This document shows positions 24,287 to 36,033 of a stretch of DNA of 63,783 nucleotides, one piece after another. Every line of letters begins with the position of its first letter. Positions within the stretch are counted from its first letter, which is position 1. Position numbers and translations under genes: made by a program. Origin of the DNA: Octopus bimaculoides. Lineage: Eukaryota. Under the pieces are notes generated by a model that was not told where the DNA came from, did no database searches, and saw only the letters and a list, made by a program, of their open reading frames with translations. The stretch spans positions 34,784,259 to 34,848,041 of the forward strand of contig NC_068999.1 in NCBI RefSeq assembly GCF_001194135.2. The letters are read 5' to 3'.

Positions 24287-24699
24287 TACTCTTTTACTCT
24301 TTTACTTGTTTCAGTCTTTTTGACTGTGGCCATGCTGGAGCACCGCCTTTAGTCGAGCAAATCGACCCCAGGACTTATTCTTTGGAAGCCTAGTACTTAT
24401 TCTATCGGTCTCTTTTGCCGAACTGCTAAGTTCCGGGGACGTAAACACACCAGCATCGGTTGTCAAGCGATGTTGGGGTGACAAACACAGACACACAAAC
24501 ACATACATATACATATATATATATATACATATATTCGACGGGTTTCTTTCAGTTTCCGTCTACCAAATCCACTGACAAGGCTTTGGTCGGCCCGAGGCTA
24601 TAGTAGAAGACACTTGAACAAGATGCCACGCAGTGGGACTGAACTCGGAACCATGTGGTTGGTAAGCGAGCTACTTACCACACAGCCACTCCTACGCCT
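24287..24699 (-). mobile_element. SINE family A, full length and well preserved
   Basis: Reverse complement of the complete family A structure, including the (TAAAAGAG)n tail. Confidence 0.92.
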
Positions 24700-25473
24700 A
24701 TGTATAAATGTAAATTTGTAATCCGTATGTATGTATGTATGTATGTATGTATGTATGAATGCATATATGTTCGTATGTATAACTATGTATATGTGTGTGT
24801 GTGTGTGCTAAAATTTATGTAAGGATATTATGTATGAGAACTGGTGAGTATATTATGTATATGTGCATGTCAATTGATATAGAATCAGAACGGTGTCCGT
24901 GTTTAAAAATAACATGGTACGTATTGTATATATGCATTCTGGAATGCAGGAAGGGAAAATATGCATGGTATACTATTGGTCGACGATAAAGATTCTTGGC
25001 TAGTACCATATTGAGGTGCACACACAACATAAGCAGCAGATACGCACACACACACACACACCCACGAACACAGGCACACACACACGAACACAGGCACACA
25101 CACACACACACACATACACACACATACATACATAGATATACATACATACGCTTATATATATATATATGCACAAACATATACATATATATAATATATATGC
25201 ATACATATACATATATGTAATATATGTATGTATGCATATATATATACATATATCTATAATATATGTGTATGTATGCATATATATATACNNNNNNNNNNNN
25301 NNNNNNNNNNNNNNNNNNNNNNNNNNNNNNNNNNNNNNNNNNNNNNNNNNNNNNNNNNNNNNNNNNNNNNNNNNNNNNNNNNNNNNNNNNNNNNNNNNNN
25401 NNNNNNNNNNNNNNNNNNNNNNNNNNNNNNNNNNNNNNNNNNNNNNNNNNNNNNNNNNATATATATATATATA

Positions 25474-25702
25474 CAAGGTTGGCTAAAAGTCAACTGACAG
25501 TAAATCAAACCCATTTAATTCCAATATCTATGTTCAACAACTGAATGAATTTAATAAACACATCTAAATATGAAACATCCTGAGAGTTGTTCCAACTGAA
25601 GTCCTTCTTGAGCGACACATTTTTCCATTCGCGTCAATACGGAATTACAGATGGTATTTAGGGAATTTTGATTTACTGTCGGGTGACTTCTGGTCAAACC
25701 TG
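25474..25702. mobile_element. Tc1/mariner-type MITE (229 bp)
   Basis: 36-bp TIRs at 25474-25509 and 25667-25702 match at 29/36 positions, with the inner 14 bp perfect. TA lies at the left end. The interior carries a transposase-like C-terminus on the minus strand (TRMEKCVAQEGLQLEQL). Confidence 0.8.
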
Positions 25703-26903
25703 AAAATCATACATGCAACACATCGTATTTAATTCTATTTGATAATAAACAAATATAATATTTGTCTCAGTACACAGTTTCGTGTTTCCTCTTACAGCAT
25801 ATACATATATTCGTGTAAGCGCCTGTGTATGTGTGTATGAGTGTGCGTGTGTGCCTGTGCGCAAATGTACGTGTGTGTGTGTGTGTGTGTGTGCGTGTGT
25901 GTGCCTGCGTACCTGCGTGCCTGTCGGTGCGTGTGCATGTGCCTCTGTGCGTATGCAGGTGTGTGCTTGCTTGAGCGTGTTGTTCTGGACTAAAAACACA
26001 TCGGAGCCGATTCAGTTATTCATATGTCAAAAGTCGATAATCTATGAACCTAATATATACATTGTAGTCTGAGAAGAAGACACTAGACAAAATAATATAG
26101 TCTTGTCGGCGTCTTAACTGACGCAGGTGTGTATACACACACACACACATTCACACAGACATATATATCGGCATTTCACCCGTTTGAAACAGAAATAAGT
26201 CAAACGAAGACATTAGCAGACAATTTCCTGGATCTAAAATTGTTTTTTGTGTCTGTCAGCCGCCATAAATAATCTGGACAGTTATATGAAAATATTCCAG
26301 TAATTAATTATGGTTTATTAAGGGAGAATAGTGAAAGAAAAAATTGTCAAGTGATTTGAGGAGGCATTGACTTATCAGGTGTTGCGTATAGATAGCACTG
26401 GATTTAAACTAAACAATGATTTGATATCGCAATGAATGTGTTCAGCCGAGTATCAAATATTATTCGTAATATTGCGACCCAATGTGACTGTTATAAACAT
26501 ACTTTCGTGTTGTTTTCACCTTTATCTTTTAACTATATATATACGTATATTTATATNNNNNNNNNNNNNNNNNNNNNNNNNNNNNNNNNNNNNNNNNNNN
26601 NNNNNNNNNNNNNNNNNNNNNNNNNNNNNNNNNNNNNNNNNNNNNNNNNNNNNNNNNNNNNNNNNNNNNNNNNNNNNNNNNNNNNNNNNNNNNNNNNNNN
26701 NNNNNNNNNNNNNNNNNNNNNNNNNNNNNNNNNNNNNNNNNNNNNNNNNNNNNNNNNNNNNNNNNNNNNNNNNNNNNNNNNNNNNNNATATATATATATA
26801 TATATATATATAGCACTGGGTTTAAATTAAACCCAGCTGTAAGTTTAATTTTCTCGTTATACATCTCCTGAAAATTCCACATAGCCCTGGCTTTGTTGTC
26901 TCA

Positions 26904-26943
<40 letters not shown>

Positions 26944-27262
26944 TCTTTTTTACTGTGACCATGCTGGAGCACCACCTTTTAGTTGAAAAAATCGACCACT
27001 CGACTCATTCTTTGTAAGCCTGGTACTTATTTCACATGTCTCTTTTGCCGAACCGTTAAATTTCGGGGACGTAAACACACCAGCATCGGTTGTCAAGCGA
27101 TGGTGGGGCCTAACACAGACACAAACACACAAACATATATATCTATATATCAGTTTCTGTCTACCAAATCCACTCACTCGGTTTTGGTCGTCCTGAGGCC
27201 ATAGTAGATGACACTTGCCTAAGATGCCACGCAAGCGTCTTACCATACAGGCACGCCTGCAC
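26944..27262 (-). mobile_element. SINE family A
   Basis: Reverse-complement match to both halves, with an internal deletion in the head. Confidence 0.85.
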
Positions 27263-27270
27263 CATATATA

Positions 27271-28046
27271 TCTACTACATATGTGGGAAATTCTGTCTGT
27301 GGGTGTTTTTGTGGAGTTGTTAGCTAACTCCTCCTACATCGTTTTATCGATTTTGATGAAACTTGATAGGTGAGTTGAACTCATGTCTAGAAACCTCATG
27401 GCATACTCAGATTGTTGAAGAAAAAATCGACAATAGGGCCCTTGGAAGGGTTCCTTATGTATATCTAATATCTTTTATTTTAAAAACTACGGAAAATAAA
27501 CCATTCACCCCTTGAAGGGATCCTTATATATAGCCAAGGGAAATAACCCGTTCATTTTCCTAAATTATTTGGTAAAAATGAAATTGAGTATGCTTATTTT
27601 TCAGTATTTCAAATGTTAGATTTATTTTCGCTATTTATCCAGCAGAACCCTTAAACAAGTAAATAGTATTTTCCTAAACAATATATTCACTTATTTCAGT
27701 TAGTGACTTATTCATGAATATACCAACACTAGCGCCCCTGAAGGTAATATTCTCTGGGAACCCATTAAAGCACTTTTCGGGGCTACTTTATTTGAATTCT
27801 TACCATCGGGTAACTAATTTCATGCTATTACATAACTGACTTCACAATTTGGGTATTCATAACTTATTTGGAATTCCTAAAAACATGATCCTGTGTAAGA
27901 CAGTTCGGTATTCTCTGTAAATGCACAAAAACCATTTTAAGGGCTACATACTTTGTACTGATGTTATTGGATTAGCGAAAAGATTATGAGACCGGAACCA
28001 AGAGATAAGCCCCGCTTTCCCGGGAATTACTGGGTACGTCAGCTAG
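27271..28046 (+). mobile_element. Non-autonomous Helitron (776 bp, both termini visible)
   Basis: The 5' end is A|TCTACTA...tctgtctgt...aactcctcc...cgattttgatgaaactt. The 3' end has the hairpin cccgg-gaatta-ctggg followed by CTAG at 28043-28046. There is no transposase ORF. Confidence 0.75.
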
Positions 28047-28295
28047 NNNNNNNNNNNNNNNNNNNNNNNNNNNNNNNNNNNNNNNNNNNNNNNNNNNNNN
28101 NNNNNNNNNNNNNNNNNNNNNNNNNNNNNNNNNNNNNNNNNNNNNNNNNNNNNNNNNNNNNNNNNNNNNNNNNNNNNNNNNNNNNNNNNNNNNNNNNNNN
28201 NNNNNNNNNNNNNNNNNNNNNNNNNNNNNNNNNNNNNNNNNNNNNNNNNNNNNNNNNNNNNNNNNNNNNNNNNNNNNNNNNNNNNNNNNNNNNNN

Positions 28296-28448
28296 NGTCT
28301 CCGTAACTTACCGGTTCGGCAAAAGAGAACCGATAGAATAAGTACTGTGCTTACAAAGAATAAGTCCTGGGGTCGATTTGCTCGACTAAAGGCGGTGCTC
28401 CAGTATGGCCACAGTCAAATGACTGAAACAAGTAAAAGAGTAAAAGAG
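28296..28448 (+). mobile_element. SINE family A, 3' half after a gap
   Basis: ccgtaacttaccggttcggcaaaagag...gactgaaacaagtaaaagagtaaaagag. Confidence 0.9.
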
Positions 28449-28514
28449 AGTATACATATATATATATTCGCAATATTTTCATGTATCAAGTTCTTGTTAT
28501 TTAATATTCATTTC

Positions 28515-28605
28515 TCCTTTAGGCACAAGGCCCGAAATTTTGGGGGAGAAGGCCAGTCGATAAAATCGATCCCAGTACACAACTGGTATTTAATTTATCG
28601 ACCCC
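28515..28605 (-). mobile_element. SINE family B, 3' fragment
   Basis: aggcacaaggcccgaaatttt...cccagtacacaactggtatttaatttatcgacccc. Confidence 0.75.
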
Positions 28606-28933
28606 GAAATAAATACGCATACGTTTATATCCGGAGCATACATGATCAATATAAGTATGCATGTGTGGACATACGAACACAGACATACATATTTAAATAT
28701 TCGTATTTAATATATGTATTGTGTATATATGTATATACAATATATATGGTGTTCATAGTCATTATGTCAATCAAAACTGTCCGGCGAACGGAAATGTGAA
28801 ACTCTGAGTAGCAGTTTTTTTGTGATATTTTGTGAAGTATTTGCAGCTTTAATAATAAAGCATATTACTCTACCTCGTGTATTCGAGTACTGTCTTTTCC
28901 CATCTTGTTTCACATTTATGGGCTTACTTTGGT

Positions 28934-28964
<31 letters not shown>

Positions 28965-29033
28965 TATATATGTATATATGCACATATTTATATTAGACGC
29001 TTGCACACATATTGTATGAATGTTTGCGTGCGA

Positions 29034-29085
<52 letters not shown>

Positions 29086-30289
29086 NNNNNNNNNNNNNNN
29101 NNNNNNNNNNNNNNNNNNNNNNNNNNNNNNNNNNNNNNNNNNNNNNNNNNNNNNNNNNNNNNNNNNNNNNNNNNNNNNNNNNNNNNNNNNNNNNNNNNNN
29201 NNNNNNNNNNNNNNNNNNNNNNNNNNNNNNNNNNNNNNNNNNNNNNNNNNNNNNNNNNNNNNNNNNNNNNNNNNNNNNNNNNNNNNNNNNNNNNNNNNNN
29301 NNNNNNNNNNNNNNNNNNNNNNNNNNNNNNNNNNNNNNNNNNNNNNNNNNNNNNNNNNNNNNNNNNNNNNNNNNNNNNNNNNNNNNNNNNNNNNNNNNNN
29401 NNNNNNNNNNNNNNNNNNNNNNNNNNNNNNNNNNNNNNNNNNNNNNNNNNNNNNNNNNNNNNNNNNNNNNNNNNNNNNNNNNNNNNNNNNNNNNNNNNNN
29501 NNNNNNNNNNNNNNNNNNNNNNNNNNNNNNNNNNNNNNNNNNNNNNNNNNNNNNNNNNNNNNNNNNNNNNNNNNNNNNNNNNNNNNNNNNNNNNNNNNNN
29601 NNNNNNNNNNNNNNNNNNNNNNNNNNNNNNNNNNNNNNNNNNNNNNNNNNNNNNNNNNNNNNNNNNNNNNNNNNNNNNNNNNNNNNNNNNNNNNNNNNNN
29701 NNNNNNNNNNNNNNNNNNNNNNNNNNNNNNNNNNNNNNNNNNNNNNNNNNNNNNNNNNNNNNNNNNNNNNNNNNNNNNNNNNNNNNNNNNNNNNNNNNNN
29801 NNNNNNNNNNNNNNNNNNNNNNNNNNNNNNNNNNNNNNNNNNNNNNNNNNNNNNNNNNNNNNNNNNNNNNNNNNNNNNATATATATATATGTATATACAT
29901 ATATACTTTAATTCATTTATTTATTTACCGCGTTCTTATCACCTGATTTCCCGCCACTTTGCCTCAGTTCTGCTACCATACTGCGCACATTTGATAGTTT
30001 GGTAGATTTTGCCATGAAAGTCGTGACTATTTTTGCTAATGAAGGTGTGAAAATATTCCTGGACTGGGCATTGCAAAACAGTTGGATGTAGCGAGTTGAG
30101 ATCCAGCATCACTATTCATGTACACCTAGCTTTATTATCATCCAATGCTGCCTTCTTTCTTGTTCAATTAATTTTTGTTCTTTTATTTTTTGCTTTTTGT
30201 TTGTCTTTTTTGTTGTATAGTGTAGATGTGTGTATAGGTGTGTACATGCTTGGAGGTGGGTAGTTTTTTTTCTTTGGTAACAATTCATG

Positions 30290-30395
30290 TTGTAATTATA
30301 ATTATTACCATTATTGTTATTGTTACAATTATTATTTTTATTGCTACTATTATTGTTAGTACAACTATTATCATCGTTATTATTATTTTTCTCTT

Positions 30396-30454
<59 letters not shown>

Positions 30455-30484
30455 TTTTCATCATCATCATCATCATCATCATCA

Positions 30485-30515
<31 letters not shown>

Positions 30516-30545
30516 CATCATCATTATTATTGTTGTCGTTTGTGT
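30290..30545. repeat. Compound (ATT)n-(CTA)n-(TCA)n-(TCG)n microsatellite
   Basis: Read directly from the sequence. Confidence 0.95.
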
Positions 30546-30999
30546 TGCCATGGCTGTGTTTGTTCAGTGGTAGAGTATCCTTGCAGTATTTTCTAGTCTC
30601 TCGGTTCAAATCTTGCCGAGGTCGACTTTTGTATTTCATCTGTCCAGAAGCGATAAGTAACAACTAGTACTCAACTAGTTCAATCGGGGTCTTCAATCGA
30701 GGTAGACTTTATTATGATGTTGTTGTCCGCGTATATTTATCACCAATGGTAGTCCGACTATGGACATTACGTCGGTGTTTTTATATTTATGAAGCTATAT
30801 ACATAGAAATATATTAATTAAAGATCACTCACACACGATGCGATAATGATAATGATGATGATGTTATCTATGATAATTACAGTCATTGTGATGATAAATG
30901 TGACAGGAGGGGTTGATCTTTGTGCCAAAAGGAATAAAAAATAGTAGCTGATTCTAATTTTTGCACAAGGCTAGTAAAACTAATAATGATCCCTTCTAC

Positions 31000-31200
31000 A
31001 AGAGGCACAAGGCCTGAAGCCTTTTAGGGGATGGGTTTAGTAGGTTACACCGATCCCAAGTACTCAACTGGTACTTATTTTATCGAGCATCGAAGTGATG
31101 AATGGTAAAGTCCACCTCGACGGAAGTTGGAGCCTAGAAATGAATGAAATGCTGTTAAACATTTTGTCAGACACGCTAGCAATCCTGCCAGCTCTCTACT
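31000..31200 (-). mobile_element. SINE family B, adjoining (AAT)n at 31204-31281
   Basis: aggcacaaggcctg...tactcaactggtacttatttt...cacgctagcaatcctgccagctc. Confidence 0.8.
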
Positions 31201-31211
31201 TTAATAATAAC

Positions 31212-31283
<72 letters not shown>

Positions 31284-31875
31284 CTACACTATAATGGAGA
31301 AAGCTGCCTATTAATTAGGTATGTAACAATTACTGAAAATACTAAAAGTAAGCAAAATTCAAAGCTTGACAGTCTAGAAATATTTTTATAAATTCATGTT
31401 CTAAGAAATTTCTTATAATTTCGAATTCTGAAGTTTATTGAATTTTTGTAACTCCAAATTCTCGCAAATTTAAATATTCATTGAATTCACTGCGTCCAAT
31501 TCTTCATAAATTTAAATATTCATTCTATTAATGATAATTTAATAATAGCTAAATAACNNNNNNNNNNNNNNNNNNNNNNNNNNNNNNNNNNNNNNNNNNN
31601 NNNNNNNNNNNNNNNNNNNNNNNNNNNNNNNNNNNNNNNNNNNNNNNNNNNNNNNNNNNNNNNNNNNNNNNNNNNNNNNNNNNNNNNNNNNNNNNNNNNN
31701 NNNNNNNNNNNNNNNNNNNNNNNNNNNNNNNNNNNNNNNNNNNNNNNNNNNNNNNNNNNNNNNNNNNNNNNNNNNNNNNNNNNNNNNNNNNNNNNNNNNN
31801 NNNNNNNNNNNNNNNNNNNNNNNNNNNNNNNNNNNNNNNNNNNNNNNNNNNNNNNNNATAATAATAATAATAATA

Positions 31876-32085
31876 TTCAGACAAATACATGACAAAAACA
31901 CCAGGACTTACAAATATATATAACATACAGAAATTTGCACTACTGGGCACTGCACACATCCTACGCAAAACACTTTCAATACAGTAACCATAAGAGCATC
32001 ACAGCAAACCACAGCACATACCCAAGGCACACAGAGCTGCGCTCGGTAGTGAAGAGGAAAGTACGCTATAAAAATAAAGCTACTG
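31876..32085 (+). mobile_element. Very short 3' end of an R4/Dong-like LINE embedded in (AAT)n
   Basis: SDKYMTKTPGLTNIYNIQKFALLGTAHILRKTLSIQ* (stop at 31985-31987), then a ~100-bp 3' UTR. (AAT)n lies on both sides. Confidence 0.85.
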
Positions 32086-32094
32086 AATAATAAT

Positions 32095-32156
<62 letters not shown>

Positions 32157-32180
32157 TAATAGTAATGGCATTGTATGTGT

Positions 32181-32214
<34 letters not shown>

Positions 32215-32215
<1 letters not shown>

Positions 32216-32500
32216 CAACCTTCTTGTGCCCTCAAAGTATCTCAACAGACATGATAGGGCGGCACAGTATATTCACTGAGTAATTTGCAAGGATGTGGAC
32301 CTTCTTCATTCTAAAAAGTGGTGGGAACTCCAAGCACCCCTAATTCTTGAAAATTATCGTAACTTATAGATGTAAATAGGCCATACATTATACTGAAGAA
32401 TTTCAGACAAAAATCTTGCCTCCTCATCTATTTGAAATTTCAATCGATACAAATGTTTCTGTCAAGGTCTACCAAAAACTGAGCATGTATAAAGATGTGG
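32215..32500 (+). mobile_element. Fragment of the same RLE-LINE family as 36.0-39.1 kb
   Basis: KYLNRHDRAAQYIH*VIC...WWE, NRPYIILKNFRQKSCLLI and IDTNVSVKVYQKLSMYKD match the 38.4-38.7 kb translations. Confidence 0.8.
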
Positions 32501-32660
32501 GATAAGGTGCAAGTCGAGTACATGAACGCCAGTGCTCAACTGGTACTTATTTTAGTCAACTCCGGTGGTATTTGAACTCAGAACGTGAAGTCAGAAGAAA
32601 TGCCGTCGGAAAGTATTTTTTTCTTCGACACAATAACGATTCTGCCAGCTCGCTGTCTTT
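32500..32660 (-). mobile_element. SINE family B fragment
   Basis: ccagtgctcaactggtacttatttt...tttgaactcagaacgt...aacgattctgccagctcgc. Confidence 0.75.
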
Positions 32661-33048
32661 CGAGACACCTCAATATCAATTACATAACACTCACGGAACA
32701 CAAGCACTATTCAACAAAATAACACAACCCACCTTATATTTGCTTTATACAATAAGTTAAACACTGAAATGACATTATAGATAAGAAAATAAAACCTACA
32801 GCAGAACAAAAATTACGTATTATGTAAATACAGTTGTACATATCCCACCAGAGGCAAGGTTACATTAACACAGAGGTATACCACAAGGAGTTTATAGTAA
32901 CTTAGAAACTTGTGGAAAACTGTCAAAAACTTGATTATATCAACAAGAATAAGTATATATATTTGCCACTTAAATGTGGCTGAACCCTAAGGGTGGATGT
33001 TACTGTTGCTTTTAACCCACGCACTGGTTCTATTTCCCATTATTATTA

Positions 33049-33115
<67 letters not shown>

Positions 33116-33124
33116 CATCATCAC

Positions 33125-33335
33125 AAGGTGGTGAGCTGGCAGAATCGTTAGCACACCGGGGAAAATGCTTATTGGTATTTCGCTCGTCGCTACGTTCTGA
33201 GTTGAAATTCTGCCGAGGTCAGCTTTGTTTTCATCTTGAGTCGATAAACTAAGTATCAGTGAAACACTGGGGTTGACGTAATCGACTAGTCCCCTCCACT
33301 AAGTTTTCAGGCTTTGTGCCTTTAGCAGAAAGCAT
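33125..33335 (+). mobile_element. SINE family B, full length, between (ATT)n tracts
   Basis: aaggtggtgagctggcagaatcgttagcac...gccgaggtcagctttg...ttcaggctttgtgcct...agcattattatc. Confidence 0.9.
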
Positions 33336-35227
33336 TATTATCATTATTGTTAGTTTATTGGTTTATCATTTAACCAAGTATTTAATCAATTATTTGATTA
33401 TTCCTTTGCTCAGCCAATCAATCGGCTGTATTTACGAATGCCCATTCGTCGCTTCTTGCAAACTCTTCACTGACAAGCCATCTCAACTCCACGTCTATTT
33501 TAGGGAATAGTGAGGGAATGTCATTGATGAGGTCGTGATGGTGACAAAAGAGCTTTGGCAAATCAAAATGATTGATTGATTGTCTGAACGAGTAATCAAA
33601 CAGTCTATTAGTTAATTGGTTGAATGGTTAACCAATTCACTAATAATAATAAAGAAGTGAAATTGAACCAGTGCATGTGTTTATTATTGATGCAATGACC
33701 CCGCCGAAATACAACAAATACTGTTTGAAGCATACGAGCTCACATCAAAAATCTTACAAACTAAATGCAAAAATGAAATAAGTATGCTATTTTTTATTGC
33801 TTTTAATGCGAATATAGAAGCCATATAGTCTTGTAACCTACATGTAATTCTCAAAGTCATTAATGGCGCTACGTTGATGTAAAAACTACACATCTCCCGA
33901 GAAATGAAACGGCGTTGCAGAATTAGTTTTTGACAGCGTGCCTTCTGTTCCTAAACAATCACAGCAATGAAACTTTAAAATATGAATAAAACAAATATCA
34001 GATGTTATTTTCCAAAATTTTACCCGTCAAAGAAAACAGACACGCAATAGAAATAAGTTGCAACAACAGTAGCAGTAGCAGCAGTAGTAGCAGCAGCAGC
34101 AGTAGCAGTAGCAGCAGCAGTCAGACAACAAAAGAATAATGCAATTATGAAATGAGATTTGAATGTTATCAGTGACATAATCTTATGGTGTGGTGGATAA
34201 GAAGATAATTATGTTTAATGAATTATTTTTGTTAAAAAAAAAATCTATAAAATAAATGAATAAATAAATATTGTGATGGTTATAGGTAGATGGCTTCCTA
34301 TAGATTGAGCCAAACAGATCTCACGCAAGGAAACCCCGTAGTTTGCCATCGCGAGTGAAGTGAAATCACATTGGCTTTTACGAGTTTATATTAATTGTGC
34401 GAGATTGCAAACTAAGATAGATATCTGTGGGACAATATCCAAAATCAAATATGTGTATTGAAAGTGATGATGTTAAACGTTATCAGACATCTAGCTTAGG
34501 TTATGTCAATATCGTCATTAAATGATTAAACGCTCTCATGGGGTGCTCAAACACATGCTGCATTGAATTGTTGGCGCATTACTCGAAGTCTTCGTCTTCC
34601 TGTGATCTATATACGACATGCTGAGATGAACGGTTGAAAGCATTCCTATAGCTATGGTAGAAATTGAACCCAGTACTGCAAACTGATACATCACTCGTTA
34701 ATTATATGGGGATTTGAAGGTAGCAAACTGGTAGAGTTATTACCGCCGCGAACAAAATGCTTCTGAGTTCAAAACTCGGCCACGGTTTACTTTGCTTCTG
34801 ATTCTTTCGAAGCCCATGAAACAAGTACCAGTTGAACACTGTTGTCGATGCTTGACGCAGCAGATTGTCCTTTTTATATAGACAACCCCATTAACACTGG
34901 AGGTGATTGTAGCGAATGTAAAGTAGGTAAAGTTAAATAAAAATAAGGATACGTCAAAAAGGACGTCCAGGGAGCAGTAATAAGGAGCTGAAGAAATCAA
35001 GGCATATTTTCATCTTTGCTCTTTAGTAATATAAATAGAAACCGCTGTGGATGGACGAGAGAGGGAGGATGAGATTTCAGAGGAGAAATGCTGCTTTATA
35101 AATTCATTATAATATAATCAAAAGAATCAAAATTAAAAAAAAAATAAGTAAAGAAGTAAAAGAGCTTTAAATTTTATGGCGGAATTATTGATAAAATGAC
35201 ACCCGACAACAAAATTCAATTATACAT

Positions 35228-35259
<32 letters not shown>

Positions 35260-35499
35260 TCCGACTGTCGTTCTTTCTTTTTTTTTCTTTCTTCATTCCT
35301 TTTCCTTTTTGCTTTCTTCTTTCCTTTCTTCGTCGTATGTATATTTGTTTTTAATTAAGTTGCTATCAGGTTGCTGTTAAAACAAACTTTGAAAATATAT
35401 AAAATAAAATCTCCAACAAATTTTGAAAAGAAATACACACACACACACACACACACACATACACACGCACACGCACACACACAAACAAAGCACACACAC

Positions 35500-35568
<69 letters not shown>

Positions 35569-36033
35569 TGTAGAATGACATATAAGATAAATTCTTGATT
35601 TATTGAAACTACTTCTACCGTTTCCAGATAAGGTAAAACAATCGGGTGCCAGCAATCGAGACCAACTCCAAATGATAAGGAATGACAATCTCAAGAATCA
35701 AGATTCCTCCAAAATTCATATGTCATAAAGGTAAGAAAATAAAAAATAAATAAATAAAAAATAACAAACAATCTGATTGCCTAGCAACAAGAGGACAGCT
35801 GTGGACAAATATTTTGCCTCTATAACCATCGTTAGGGCAACAGTTGTCCCAATTTCTTTTCAGCTTAACAGAAACTTTAAAATTTAGAAAGAGAAAAAGA
35901 ATGCATTTAGAACCTCCATAATTTGTTCAATATTATATAAAAATCAATTAAGAGAAACAACACAGTGAAGCCAATGGTATGTATTTGAACAACAAAAAGG
36001 TCGTATTAAATACCATACAACATAAATATAAAC

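Noticed and set aside
28767-30005. Long ORFs of 300-490 aa here and at 48165-49640 and 57400-58391
   Set aside because: They consist of N runs translated as X.
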